Both the position numbers and the translations under genes were made by a program. Below the pieces are notes generated by a model. The model was not told the origin of the DNA, did no database searches, and worked only from the letters and a program-made list of their open reading frames with translations. DNA of 63,604 nt, filler included, from Choristocarpus tenellus KU-1152 (Eukaryota; Protista; Phaeophyceae), in NCBI GenBank assembly GCA_964200185.2. It is 8 parts of 8 records of this genome, joined end to end, with 100 filler letters (N's around TTAATTAATTAA, not from the genome) between each part and the next. Parts side by side here need not be neighbours in the genome. Positions count along the whole stretch, not along the records: positions 19,602 to 33,175 come from CAXNAD020001445.1; positions 33,276 to 39,437 come from CAXNAD020008794.1; 6 more parts are not named here. The stretch is one strand, 5' to 3'. Positions within the stretch are counted from its first letter, which is position 1; each line of letters starts with the position of its first letter. Shown here piece after piece: positions 25,901 through 39,537 of this stretch.

Positions 25901-28900
25901 ATACGTATCAATGTTGCTATCAGGTCATGTACAGAATAATAAATTTATATGCTACCTCCTTCAGAAATATGCTCCATCTTCGAGTAATATTCCATCAGGA
26001 GCAAACGATCATTTCCCTAATATATATCTTCAGCATATCATCTATTACTATTTGTAAAATGGTGTTTCCTTTTCCTCTCAGAACAGTAACGTTAAGGTAC
26101 AGTGGTCAACCTCCCACAGAAGTGGGTTTACGTGGGGTGCTATAGCAACTTTTACATTATCACCTTTAGTTTACATTTTGTCCTTTGATCATACCTTACT
26201 GTTGATTGCTTGCCCTACGAAACTTCAGGAGCTGCGATCAACATACCAGGCCTCACTTCTGACTTCTCTCTCTTCCCTTCCTCTTCTTTCTATTGTCCTC
26301 TTGTCACATTTTTTTATCATCCCCTCTAGCCCTTAGAGCTTTTCCTACGCCCCTTACTCGTCCCTAGCCCTCACCTACCTGCTTGCTTCTCCTCCTCCTC
26401 TTCCTTCTCCTCCATAACTTCTGTTGTTTGACATGCACTTGGCAGTGCGGCCTTTGTGGCAGAGGCTTTGCTCTCAGTGGATATTACGTGGACCTGCACA
26501 GGTGGAGGCAATCCGTATGCTCACCATTTGGAGCTTCTTCCACCTCCATTGCAGGGGTCAATCATGTCGCATGGTGGAGAAGGAGACCCCTGGGCTGACT
26601 TTCGAGCCTCTGGGCTAGGACTACAAGTTCAAGCAAATATTGGACCCAATGTGATATCTGCACCTGGTTGTTCCGCTGAAACAGTCCAAACTACTTCCTC
26701 GGACCCGGTCTCATACACCAAGTCCGGTCCAGACATTAACAGTCAGCCCTCATCCTCCCAAAGCAGTGATACGAAAGTTCCAGTGGTAATACAGTGTCCT
26801 CCGTCATGCACTGACCAAATACCGGATGGTGTACAAAGGAGGACTCTAGCATTTACTGAGAATAAAGTAGGAGTGGTTGGGTGGGCTGTTGAGGGAACAG
26901 GGGCAAAGGGCGGATGGCCTAGCAAACCTGACCACGAACACCACCACTCCATGGTTAGTCGCAATCCTCCCTCCTCTAACATTTGTTCATGCTCACTTGG
27001 TGAAAGTCCCCTGACAATGTTTCCGTGGTTCTCTTCAATGCTGTCAGATCCTACTGGTTGTGCTAGAATCAAAGTTCAATGAACAAAGGTTTTCCTGGGA
27101 TGTACTCTGATTTTACACAAACTGCACGTGAAGCAATGGTGACCTCAGTTCGGGATGTAAAATTGAGTTTAGTCCTGTTGTGTGTGAAACCCTCCACTTG
27201 TTCAGGGCTGCAGTGTTGATACCCTACATTCTACACTATGGACTGTGCTCCTCAGACATGTTTTATTGCACATAATATTTGCAGTAAGCAATGCAAAGCA
27301 TGCTCTGGTGCCATAGGAATGTGTGGTACTCAATATTCTCTAATGCGTTTTTGTATTTATGTGTTTCAATGAGATAGTACATCTTGATATCAGAGAGTGA
27401 AACAATTCACTGTCTTCAAGAGGCTTGGTACATGCATCCGTGCATATCAACGGAAGGACGAGAGAAACTGATCCTGGGGAGGGTTGAAAATTCATCAAGT
27501 TCGAAGTACACTGAAGTAGAGTTTAAACGCACAAAGCAATGAACCAGTTATAAATATGTTTCAAAATGTCTTTGCCGTCCTCTTCCCTCCAATACCCCAA
27601 CCACTCACTGGGCAGGGCCAAGGCGAGCACAGGTTTGCCGCTGGTATGTGGTTGGCCTTCCGTCTAGATATCCTTCCCTGGGTCCTCCCTCGGCCCTACC
27701 AGAAGTTGCTTGCACCTACAGTAGAAAAGGAAGCATTGGCAGAAAGAGAAGGTGTGGCGGTGGAGGCACTAGATATAGGGCCAACCTCATCTCAGTCAGC
27801 AGATACTGTGTTGAAGGAGGGGAGAGCAAGCATAGAATATGAGTCTAAAACTGCAGGAGCAGCAGAAGCACCAGGAAGGGCACCACCAATTGAAACCCCT
27901 GGGAAAAATATGAAGTCAGCACCTGGTGGTATTGGGTCTCTTCTGACGTCAGTTCGTATATTAGCCACGGTGGATCGTTTTGCTGCAGCAATGTGGAGGA
28001 GCAAGTCTAGCACTGATGGGTTCATCCTTGATATCAACCGGCAAGTGACACGGGATGAAGAAGGGGTTGAGGTTCATCAAATAGGTAGAGGGGGCTTGGA
28101 GGGTCTAGGAAAACTAGCATGCAGATATGTATGGGGAGAATGAGGAAACAGGGTTTAGGCAATTGGTGTTGTATCTATTTGGAATCAATGGGGGTATGTT
28201 AGTTGGCACCACAACAGAGTCATGTAGGGTTGGGGGCACAGTGATAATGAAAATATCAACCTAGATGATTTTTTTGAAGGCTCCTGAGTATCTTCTCCAT
28301 CGTTATACCCAGCATCCAAACAGGTACCGACTTTGAACTGAAATGCTACAGAATGATGCATAGGAGTGAGGTCAAATCCAAGCTTTTTGTGTTGGAAAAG
28401 CTCCTTCAAAACGTTTGCTATACTCTCTCACCTCAAGCTGTTCCAAATCGACCCACCCTACGATCTCACGGCTGGAAAAACTGTTACCCGATCACACCCA
28501 ACGACAGAACAAAATCTGACACCCTCCAGGAGAAAGCCACAAAGACAGTTCCTGCTATGGTCTCTCCTAAGTGCTTCTCAGATGAGGGATCCACTTCCTC
28601 TTCCCAGTACCCCTATGACATACAAGGTGTAGGGACTATTCGCAATGGAGGCGAGAAAGAGGTTATGAAGTTGAGAAAATTGAGAGATGGAGATGGAGGC
28701 GTTCATGGTGAAGGGATGGATATCTCATTCACGTCTATTCAACTGTCACGATTTGATGTAAAAAATGCTTTGAAAATGTGCACCACGGATAATGATAGGA
28801 TTGGCAACTGTGAGAGGGAGCTTGGAGGCTCCATTGGTCCGGCAGAAAGAGAAAGAGAGAAGCAGGTGGGTATATTAACTGTTGGTGGGTTTCTACATTA

Positions 28901-31900
28901 ATGTGCTTATGAGGGGGGAGTTTGTGTTCCAAAAATGGCGGCGAAGGATAACACCTAAGGAAGTATATCAGCACATGTTACTTGAATTGTGGACAAGATC
29001 CAGCAAATTATTGATTCCCTGCAGAGGATACGATCCTTAAATACACAGTATCAATGGGAAGTCCACTATATCTATTGCTAGAATAGCAGAGTCCTAGTTC
29101 CAGATTTGGCATCCCTCCACTCCTTAGGTTGTTTGAGTGTATCAACCAAACGATACATCTAAGTTTCATACTGTGTGCTTTGTTCAACCCCACTGCACCC
29201 ACAGCACTGGAAATTTCTTCTACAATCTGATCCTATCCCTACTGTTCATTCCCTGTAAACTGCACATTTCGGGCACAAATGTCCATATTTTCATTCATGC
29301 TACTCCTCTTTCTGGCACTGGATACAGCTTCTGGACTATGAGCAAGACGCAGGTGTGGGAAGAATATTTTTCATTCTTGACAAGTACCACTCCAGATTTG
29401 CGCCGGCACAAGATGTCATCTTGTGTGCCCAGGAGGTTGAGCTTAGCCGACACCCTCTGGACCAAGGTTGCGTAGGAAAAAAAACTGATGTGAATCAAGG
29501 TAGTCCCCGGTGCTTTGCCAACCCTCCTGAGACAACACCAAAGTATTCGCCATCATCTGGTTCACCAAAGGTGGTCGCAACACCAAAAGCTAATTCGACC
29601 CCGACTACATTGGCCAGGTCATCAGGAGGGAGGGCAACAGAGGCTGCGCAAGGGCTGTATGTAGCAAAAGTTGGAGAGGTTGCCTCAGAAGCATCAAATG
29701 GTGGGGACCAATTTACGTTCCCACAGCAGCGACATTCTTTTCATTCCTTGGAGAGAAATTATGAAGAGTTGACCCTACCGATAGCATCGTGTATCGAAAG
29801 GCAAGTCTTGGTTGACTCTATGAGTCAAGAATCATCTGCAAACAAAATGGTCACCACGTTGCCACAACCACTCTCCATTAGGAATTTCCGTCAGAATCAC
29901 GACATGTTACAGCCTGGACCACAGCACACAACAACTAAAACGACACAGTCTTCAACCGAAGGAATATTGTGCGAAATTTCCCCGTGTTCCTCACCATCTG
30001 CTTCACGGCCTGCTGCAATCAATGGTAACACCAATGCCTACGCAATAAAACTATCTACAGATTCGGTCAGTGTTGCCACTGACATCACAGATGCAGCAGG
30101 CGCTGTTCATATGGCAAGCACTACAGGTGACACGCAAGGTGTCACAAGTGAGGGTTTACAAATGAAAGCAATCGTAATACAAGAAGATGAACTTGCATTT
30201 TCATGCGAAGACCTCCCAAAAGAAACACTTAACCACTTGGACAGTGATAGGGAGGATATGTTACACAAGGAGACCGAAGAGGAGAGGGAGGGTGGGGGGA
30301 AAATGAGAAGGGTTGCGAGTGGGGATGACTTCTTTTTTTTTGCCAAAGCTGACACACCAGAAAATTTAACAGCCATAAAGGGAGAAGACGAGGGTGAAAC
30401 AGAGGACTTCCTACCCATCACTGTTTCCTCACTAGACAACACTAAGGGTAGGATGCCTTCTCCTCCACTAGTGATCAGTTGTGCCCCTTTTCAGAACGAC
30501 TCCAGTCCTGAGATGAAGGGAAATATTGAGAACATGGAGTTGGACCAAGAAGGGCTGGTCATTGACATTGAGGGAGACAGAGAGAAAATGTGCTCGATAG
30601 GGTGTCATACAGCAGCCAACGCAGTTGTAGTGGATCGCCTTCGATTGCTATGGAATTTGGATACTAGAGATATTGTGGTGAGAGATCCGGGTTTGGATTG
30701 GCGGTTGTTGTGGCAAGAAGGAACACATGGTGACAGGAGAAACTTGTTGTTTCTGCTGTCCAACCAGATGGTTCATCCTTTAGAGGATGGCACTACCCAC
30801 CCCATTTTCCCCACTTCTACCTTTCCACAGCATGCTTTGAGGTGCATAAATGTCTTGCATGGCAAAATGTCAATAATCTCTTGCCTTTGAGTCAAACTAA
30901 AAGAGAGGTACCAGAGTTTCATTTCAAGGATGCCGGCAGACATGCGCAAAATTCAGCTTTTTGTACAAAGGCGTGTGTGGCATTTTCTGAATCGTGTCGA
31001 AAAGTAGTATCACGTAAAAGAGAAACCAACCCTCTCAAGTCACACTTAGCATTTCATCCAACAAATACGGGTGGATTGCAACAGGTTGAGCTAATGGCTT
31101 ATAATGCAAAGAGGCTGAAAACTGGGTGCCTCTTGTTTACTTGGACTCCCCGTGGATCCCCTAGGGGCTATACTTTCCTTGGAGTCTCTCTTTTGGATGA
31201 AATAAATGGAATTTCCCGAGGACCTATTTCTAAAGAGTAGCCAAGAGTGACAGTATTTGATCGTTGAGGGATAGGGTAACGTGAATGTGCAAATGATTCG
31301 TATAACTTCGATTTGACTACCAGTTTGTGGTATTGGTATAGTCATTATTTCTTGGATCATACCCTCTACCTCTTACTCTATCTGAAATGCTTATCTTAGT
31401 GTGAGCCTTAAGAGCCTGTAGTACATTGTATAGAACATCACTCAACCCCCGACTTAGAACACAATTTAGAGCCTTAAAACAAGTCAGTGACAGGAAATGT
31501 TTTAGAATGGCGCCTGTTAATGATCTCGAATCCTTGTCCAGTTTCTTCGCTCTGTCATGTTCCTCACCAACAACCACAGATACTTGCTTTGTTCATTTAA
31601 GAGTGATTGAACACTTCAAGCTTCTTTGGCATCACCCACCTTCCTCCAAGCCTGTTGGCATCTTTATCCAGTCATCTCTATCTGGTCCCTTCCTATATCA
31701 ACAAATCTTCCTTGAGCGACATGGTCTTGCGCGACAAACGCAGACCGGGCGACTCGTTTATGAGGAACTAAATGCCAGTCTCTCACAGAAATTTATGTTA
31801 ATGGTGTGATAGAAATTTTGTTTGAATTGATTCATCAGTTCTTGTCAACAACAGTGCTATTTTCAACACCTATCCTGCTATCTCCAATAAGTGTTCTCAT

Positions 31901-32764
31901 CCTGGGCAATTCAATTTCAATTCAAATTGAAAACCTTAATTCCAGCAGGGAGATTGAGCCTTAATTGCTAACGATTTTCTCCTACTGATTTGGACAACAT
32001 TGAGGAATGTTATCCAAGCATTGCTAAAGAATTTGTTTACAAAATAGTCCAATGCTCTGTTCTCACGCCAGACCACAACCACATGGTTTCATGGGGTATA
32101 GCAACATCCATTTCACCTGCAATATACAAGTAGTTAATTGAATGTAAGCTTCTATTGGTTGAGTAATAGTGAGTGACACATCCCCTTTGTTTGATCTTTC
32201 TCCTGCGCTTGCCAATGCCCACAAAAAAGTCGCAACATTTAGGGTTCATCACCTTGCCTACTTAGCCCACACAAGCTGAAGTCATCGTTAGTGCCCTACC
32301 TTGCCAGTTGCAATTTCATCTGCCAACATCTCACACTCACTGCACTACTCTCATCCACATTCTTTGTTGTATCACTTTGCTCCATGACCCATGTCCCCAA
32401 AGGTCATGTTTGTGGCAGATCTTCTGGAGGTATTATCACCTAACACCTCATCTCTAGACCATCGCAGTGACCTTGGTCACCCACACAGTGATGATCCCTG
32501 CACTTTATCACACTGTATATTCTCAACAAAGTCTGCCTCTGTGGCAGCTAAGGGATCTATGGCAAGTGAAGGAGGTGACAGGGGTACAATGGATGTCACA
32601 GATGGTCACAAAGGGGGGCTTCAGCTGAGGGAGTCAGACAAAGTGCTGACAGAAATCAAGGAAGAAGTGGGAGAGGGGGTAGAAACGTTGAGAGAAAATA
32701 GGACCAGGTCGTCATCACAAGAGCCCGTTTCATGTTCTGGAAAAACAAAAAATGATGCTAACAG
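19996..32764 (+). CDS. BLTP2: BLTP2/Hobbit/FMP27/SABRE-type bridge-like lipid transfer protein, central part. Approximate exons 19996-20396, 22074-22288, 22608-~22722, 24768-25059, ~25423-25450, ~26446-26866, 27617-~28040, ~28364-28865, 29329-30678, 32403-32764
   Basis: The spliced PRLDIWDKL|RLMMHG matches the Fmp27 GFWDK/WWDK motif. Also ITWTCTGGGNPYAHH...DPWADFRAS (cf. D.y.GFRS) and VVVDRLRLLWNLDTRDIV|VMFV. Several joins are phase-consistent, some exon borders are uncertain, and both ends are cut by linkers. Confidence 0.85.
21290..21466 (+). mobile_element. MITE family B (poly-G TIR), 177 bp, flanked by AGA/AGA
   Basis: GGTTCAAAGTATCAGGGGGGG...CCCCCCAGATACTTTGAGCC. Confidence 0.88.
23550..23809 (+). 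mobile_element. MITE family A copy in a BLTP2 intron
   Basis: TTAGAGGGTACG...TACCCTCTAAGATAATTTGACTC; left tip degenerate. Confidence 0.85.
24203..24468 (+). mobile_element. MITE subfamily A2 copy
   Basis: AAAGCATTTAAGAG...CTCTTAAATGCTTTGACTC termini; shares its internal variant with 59479-59729. Confidence 0.85.
30700..31150 (+). mobile_element. Possible pogo/DDE_1 transposase remnant in a BLTP2 intron
   Basis: HLAFHPTNTGGLQQVEL resembles F.P.N.T..LQP.D. Weak. Confidence 0.25.
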
Positions 32765-32953
32765 GTGTGTTAAGCCCTTCTAACAATATCTTGGAGTTTC
32801 TTATTTTAAGAAGAGTTGCACTCCGAAGAAAAACGAAACATTCTTGCTGCAGAGTGCATTCATCCCTCCAATATGTCCCTAAATGTTCCGGAATAACTGT
32901 CAGTCAATGGATTATCTCTGACCAAGATGATGCTTTCACAGTAGTAGTAATCT

Positions 32954-33137
32954 GGGTCAAAGTATCTGGGGGGGCACGGCTGTTGTCCATTTGGGGCCCA
33001 TTTTTCAATATGGCGATTTTTGGGTGATTTGGTTTCATGCATCGGATGGATAATGTAAGTGCGCTTTTCCTGGTCAGGGCCCGAATGGACACCCTGGTGC
33101 AGACTCCCCCCCCCCCCCCCCCCAAACCTTTTGGTGT
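32954..33137 (+). mobile_element. MITE family B copy; right end in low-quality contig tip
   Basis: GGGTCAAAGTATCTGGGGGGG start; internal sequence matches 21290 and 60156. Confidence 0.85.
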
Positions 33138-33175
33138 CCCCCTCCCCCCAACAACCCCAATTTCAAACAATTTCC

Positions 33176-33275
33176 NNNNNNNNNNNNNNNNNNNNNNNNN
33201 NNNNNNNNNNNNNNNNNNNTTAATTAATTAANNNNNNNNNNNNNNNNNNNNNNNNNNNNNNNNNNNNNNNNNNNN
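33176..33275. other. Artificial assembly linker
   Basis: Same 100-bp spacer. Confidence 0.98.
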
Positions 33276-33304
33276 CCGCCACCCCCCTCCAGATACTTTG
33301 ACCC
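33276..33304 (-). mobile_element. MITE family B terminus at a contig start
   Basis: CCGCCACCCCCCTCCAGATACTTTGACCC is the reverse complement of the family B left end. Confidence 0.7.
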
Positions 33305-33433
33305 TGTCCCACCTGTGGATGTCACACCACATCCTTTCGTATCAGTATTGCTCATGTTGCCAGATTGAGACACTGTTGTTAAGCCCTTCAATCTAGTTGA
33401 TGGTCATCCAATCATGATGCATGTGGTGCTAGT

Positions 33434-34600
33434 TTATGTTGTGTGTGCCCCACATTTTTTCCATTGGCAAGTTCCTACGGCACTCAACGCCAGCTTGAGA
33501 TCCATTGTGGTAATTGCATCTGGTGGTGTCATGTGATTTGTCACCCCTAAGCCCAAATTCCATTCGGTCCAGTCACCCACCACATCAGAAGAAGCGGTTG
33601 CATTGTTTGACTGAGCCGTGTCCACTGTGGTCACCATCAGAGCTCCTGTGTGGTATTAACTTGAGGTATTATCCTTGTTTTCACCTCTCTGATTGGGCTG
33701 GTTGCGGCAGTGCTTGACGAAGTGTCCTGTATTGTTGCAGATGAAGCACCTTCTTCCCATCTTCTTTGGTTGCGACTATCCTGTGGAGGTTTCACCCACA
33801 CGGCGGTTCCTTGCCTTGTGCCCCCACTTCTAATAAGATGCACATTATCAAGCAAATTCTCCTTTTTTTTACCTTACATTGTTTTGCCGTGTGACGCAGT
33901 CTCTGGCAGAGCTGGCAACTCATGACCTCTGCCAGTCCTTGGCTTGCTGCAACAAATGCAGCATTTCCAGGGGCTTGTTGATCCGTTTGCAGTTGCGTGT
34001 ATTGCTGTGCAATTACTGCGTCGATCCTCGTGAACGTAAGTGATGTACTGCTGTCCAGTATTCTTCTTTTCATCTAATACATACTCCACGGAAAGTCCAC
34101 TGGTGATGATGATGTTGACCTGACCTTCCGATACCTTTTCCCCCAACATCTCGAACTCCTTCACAACTTGATCAATGTGGACTGCCAACGTGGTTAGATT
34201 TTCTCCTTGTTCCATCATCATCGCGTTCAATTTGCACTTAAGCCGGTGTTGCTTGCTCGTACAATCAAGTTACAAGTATGCAAGCAGCAATGCCTTCCAA
34301 GTCTGGCTTGGCGACTTTCACGCCTATCATAGTCTCAAAGGCAATATCCCTATATGTGGTGATCAGTGACCTCCACGCTACCTCAGCCTTGTGCAGTCAA
34401 CCTACATTAATACCTGTGCTGTCAAAGTCGGTATGCCCAATTTGATCCGCCAGTCGACTCCCTTGTGTGAGAATGACTGCTGACCACCTCGATGCTTGGT
34501 GCGCTGTTAGTGTCTGTCAACAACTGCACCAATTGCTCCATCCTCGCCATCTCTGCTTCAGATGAACCTCAGAAACTAATATTTAGTCTACTCTGACCAC
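33434..34600 (-). mobile_element. Decayed Ty1/Copia LTR retrotransposon, gag-protease fragment
   Basis: In order: gag-like MEQGENL...LGEKVSE...GLSVEY, CCHC knuckle CQLCQRLRHTAKQC, and protease-like W..GLGVTNHMT. Frameshifted. Confidence 0.75.
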
Positions 34601-35334
34601 GCTATAGCATGTTTGTTGGCTCTTGCATTCACCTACATGAACTTCCTTCCTTCAGGCAGTGACGCTCGGCTCACTCTGTTGGTCGTGTCTTGACAGATGT
34701 TGATTTTTTTGTCCTTTTCGGAGCCAAACCAACTGAGAGATAGGCAACTTTTGGCCCTCTTGCATTCTACGCCATCTTTCTTACCCCGTGCAATAAACTC
34801 ATTTCATTGTTTTACGAGCACAATAGTGTGCACAAACTGATATTCCCCTTTTCCACATACAAAGTGACATCACAATCAAGCAATGCTCCTTCTGCAATTG
34901 TACAAAATTGCGTCTCCTTGCCCTCTCTCAGGATTCTTAAATTGCAATACTACCTACCTCTCAACTGGTTTGGCTCTCATCTACATTGAAATTGTTTCTA
35001 GAGATTTGGAAGCTTTCCTTCCAGTGTGGTTCATTTCGCCTGAACTCCCAAAATGCAATTCCTTGTATTCATCCGTAGTTCACTGAACGTACTTCGGAAC
35101 ACTTGAGCAGTGCAATAACCAACAGTCCAATCACCTCTAATCGCACTGTGCTTGAGTGGAGGCATATACATAAATACAACATAAAATACGATCTGTTCAC
35201 TTTGAAAGTGAATATGATCAGGATAAAATCATAATTAGTAGTGCTAACACTTTCACACAACTGATGAAAATCTGCAACTACAATCTGTCCATAACCCCCC
35301 CCCATTCTCTCTTCCTGTATGAGAACCTCTCCTA

Positions 35335-38300
35335 CTAAGTCAAGCCATTGTCTGGATCTTCTGCAATGTCGATGACTCCTTTGTTGCTGATGGCAAAAAT
35401 CGCAGATGAACCACAGGCCTGAAAATTCAGGTTGGGGTTGGGAAAGGGGAATAGGAAGGGCCAGTAGTTGATGGGCGAGGTCACATCACATTTAATTTGT
35501 TAGCTACCTTGAAGCCCTGCCCTCATTGAGGCCTTAAGAAGTAGCTTCCCAATACAGACCGAACCTGCATGTGGACAATAGCATACTGACTACGGTAACA
35601 AACAAACATTCCATCCACAGTGTTCATATCCCTTCGAGAGTGTACTTTTCCTCCACTGGGAACAAATGTTGGAGTCAATATGCCCTATACACCCATAACC
35701 TCACCAGTACAACTTGGGACTATGCACGAGTAGTCTACCAAGCATCCATGTGCACAAAGGCCAAACATTATGCCAAACATAGTGTAAGAATCTTAGACAG
35801 CGACGCCCCAGTGTAGAAGAATAAGCACAATACACAAAACTACCTCTCTTTATCTATCCCTATTACAAACCATAGGTCTATCCGTATACGGGGCACTTCT
35901 CTAGAGCCCTACATTATAATATTCTCCGCCAAGGAGAGTAAGTAGCACCATTATTACCAAGGAAAATGATATTTCTAGACTGTATCATTTAAACACTGGT
36001 AACTATTGCTTACTGCTTAAGAATACTATTTGGTAAGATCACTTAAATCGTGTTCTAAATCACCTATTCTGGATAGGCGGTTTTGACAATCAATTACATG
36101 TAGTACAGCATGACAAATCTGGCATAGTTTGCGAGGTACAAGAGATAGATCATTCCACCATAACTGATTTTTCCACTGGAAAAAAAAGGAAATTTCAGTA
36201 CAATAATCAATTTTCATCTGTGTATGTCTGTGACAATGTTGAGGGTTCCTGCCAATAAATGAATGATGGCCTAGGAATTTCCTTTCATCCCCTGTTGGTC
36301 CCTGTAAGGTAGGTGACATGACACAAAGTTTGATACACCCTGCATATAATATTCGTGCAATACATTCGTAAAACAATTGATGCCAAATTGGATATTAGGC
36401 AGTATGATTGATGGCTTTGCTTGGCTGTATGTGTGAGTACATGTGCATAAAAATAACGTGCATGCCTGCGTGGGGTGTTTGAGCAGGGTGGCCTGACGCT
36501 GCTCTCCCTCGGTAGGCGTCAATAATGTTGGCCCTACCGATCCTCCTGCCCTACTGGCAGAGGAAACAGCGCTAGGCGGATCATCCTCGCCCCGTAGCAA
36601 GAGTCGAATTGATGGAACACATTCCCAGGTCATACCCAGTGCAACCTTGGGCTCTGCGATAAGTTGAGAGGAAGGGGGGAGAGCAGAATCGATCACAGTG
36701 TCATGAGCATGGTCAATCATAATCTCAAAGGGGGTTCGGTAGGTCGGGGCTGTTCATCTGAGAAACACGCTGAACCGTAAAGGAGGAGTGTGTGCGCATG
36801 CAAGCTCATGTGTGTGTTTCTAATGCAAAAGGGATGGCGTAACATTGTAATAGTGTTGGTGGTAGGTATAATACACTTGAACAAAATAATATCATGCAAT
36901 GTGTAGAATACTCTGGCAGAGTCATTGTGGTAACCACAATGTATTTTCAAAAATGGGTAGTGTGTTGCCCTATTTGGACCAGTGCAAAATCTTCCATTTA
37001 GCCCTTCCCCTCCTCATTGCTCAATGCAATGTGCATCAACGTAATCCATCCACTTTGCCCCATCCTTGAGCTCCTTTTTATGGGGTGGACACTTTGTGTG
37101 AGATGAATTAACCACTCTTCAACCTAAAAAGGGATACAAAATTTCGAACGACTGAAAAGAAAGGTGATTTACTGATATATCACCCCTCCCACGATCAGTT
37201 CACAATCAGAGTGCTTTTCAAAAACATGTATAAGTCGAACATGACCTGGAGGAGTTACCAGAAGACATCTCTTTGACAGCAGTAACATACATTTCACAAT
37301 GTGCATTGGCTAATCGATGGGTGCACAAGACAGGGAGTAAACAAGGTACTATGATACCAGATTGATATAATTTTGTGTAAAACAAGATCACTCTTTCTTT
37401 CAAGCAAGTGTCTACACAGTGCTCAGTCAAAACAGAACCCGAATACCTGAACTTGACAAATGCACACTTGAGTGTCATACCAAGATCAAGGGCTGTCTTC
37501 AGGTGACACTATAGAAAGAATTGTAATTCAATCCATCAACCTTTCCCGTCAACAGCATAACTACGATAAGTCCAGTAGTAACCTTGAGCCAACATAGTGA
37601 ATTTTCCTTTCTCCAATACCCCCCAAAGTCTGTGAATCTTTACAACACTTGAAAAAGTAAAACTGAACGAGTAAGACAAAGGTGTTGTGGATGGGGGTAT
37701 TCTCTCACCGTCCCACTCCTCCTGTCCTTTTCGTGTACCCCCGGCAGTGTTGGCCATGGTGCTGTTAGCCACCTTTTTTACAGTATTAATAGCACATGCC
37801 ATCACAAGATATAAGAGGATACTTGAGGTTGTATTGTAACGGCATACATACTTCTATTGGGCAAACACGAACTTTAGGTGGTCATATTGATCAAAAAATA
37901 CGTTTTCACAGTGTCCCTCTTGCACTCTTTCTTGGCATGACCCATCCATCCAACGGCTCACGCGATATTGTTTTCCCACATGTGTTCTAGTCCTCAAAGT
38001 GGGATGCACACAGCCCATATGTAGCAATTCACATTGTTGTCACCATTCATGCATGCAGGATTTCATGCTAGATTTGAGCGAAAGTATCTTAGAGGGTACG
38101 AATTTTGCCCTGTTTGTCCATTTCGGGCTTGGCTTCTCATGTATATTTTTATGATATTTTTCTACTCCAAAATGTTTCGGAGTAGGTAAATGTGTAAGTT
38201 ACGAAAAGGTGTGTCCGTAACAAGGATATTGACACTTCCTAGTAAACACGATAGCCAAAATTATATCAAAATTGCAACATTGGATTTTGATCTCCAAATG

Positions 38301-39164
38301 GACACGGCTCTACCCTCTAAGATACTTTGGCTCTTTGTTTTTGATTCTTGTGTCTGCTAAACGGTCTCTTTAAATTAGTAGCAAATGACAGAAAAAACAC
38401 ACACACACACACCAATGGGATATAGAAGTGCATTAGATGCACTGGTACTATGTTATAACGTCGGTAGAATAGTTGTCCTCTTCTCCCATGTGCTATAGTA
38501 AGCAAGTGTGCAACATTATCTCTAGGAGGAGAACTCACAAGGTTTTTCCACTCCTGAGCTCCATCCCCCTCCCCCTATGTCACCTTGCACACAAACACAC
38601 AGGACACACACATATGCTAAAGGTAATACAGCAATGCATTGCACCTATTTCCCCTATTACTTTTCATGACATCTGTATTTTCTCACCAGTATAGCCGAGC
38701 TACAGTGCCAGGCTGCCCTGTTCAGGAGGTGCCCCAGTGAGGCCATGAGACCATGCCCTAGAAGAGGATACAAATAAAATGTATCAACCACAGGCCACCC
38801 ACACAAGTGTGTATGGGTTTTCGAGATGTGAGCGGGTTGAGGTGATGTTGCAGGGTGGTCAACGTAATTGCAGCTGGTTATGGACAAGAGGGGTGAGCTG
38901 GGTAAGTGAGCAAAGAGCCTTTCGTGGCTCTTGTCAGAAAAAATGGAAAATAATGCCCTTGACCACATCCCCAGTTGTCGAAAGAAGTGAAACGAGTTTG
39001 TTCGTTGCCCCTATCTTTCCTTCGTAGCTGCTACTATGAACGGTAGGGAGTGAAGATGTTTCCAACCATAGTGAGCTACTATTTCACACCAAAACACGCT
39101 CATTTTTTTGGCAAATGATGGCGATAGAGGGTAAGTATAACCTCACTTGCTGAACGCGAGACAC
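35335..39164 (-). CDS. Unidentified multi-exon gene, 3' part. Exons 39164-39147, 39027-38964, 38757-38687, 38492-38449, 37821-37709, 36653-36466, 35418-35335 (stop)
   Basis: Seven candidate exons chain in phase without stops (...FDNWGCGHGLMASLGHLL...ITYILLYLVMACAIN...EEWDEPKVALG...DPDNGLT*). The last intron needs a GC donor. No family recognised. Confidence 0.55.
38076..38333 (+). mobile_element. MITE family A, complete, 258 bp, flanked by TTT/TTT
   Basis: 23-bp TIR with one mismatch: GAGCGAAAGTATCTTAGAGGGTA / TACCCTCTAAGATACTTTGGCTC. Confidence 0.92.
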
Positions 39165-39366
39165 CTGCAATGTAATGCTTTTATTTCCTATTGGTATTGC
39201 TGGTACACTCGTAGAGCTCCATCGTCAGCTTCTTGTGTACAACTTGATAAATTTGATGCCATTATTACTATTGCTGTTACTACAATCTAGCCTTCTCGTC
39301 CTGTGGCTTCACCACCAAAAAACTACCATTAATGAAAATGTTAACCCTTTATGACCCTTCAATAAA

Positions 39367-39437
39367 GACTCAAAGTATCTGGGAGGGGGTGGCGGCTGTC
39401 CATTTGGGGTCAATTTTTTCATCTCGCAATTTTTGGG
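39367..39437 (+). mobile_element. MITE family B left part at a contig end
   Basis: GACTCAAAGTATCTGGGAGGGGGTGGCGGCTGTCCATTTGGGG. Confidence 0.8.
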
Positions 39438-39537
39438 NNNNNNNNNNNNNNNNNNNNNNNNNNNNNNNNNNNNNNNNNNNNTTAATTAATTAANNNNNNN
39501 NNNNNNNNNNNNNNNNNNNNNNNNNNNNNNNNNNNNN
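39438..39537. other. Artificial assembly linker
   Basis: Same 100-bp spacer. Confidence 0.98.

Noticed and set aside
36717-36760. Extra exon needing a GA donor
   Set aside because: The flanking exons join in phase without it.
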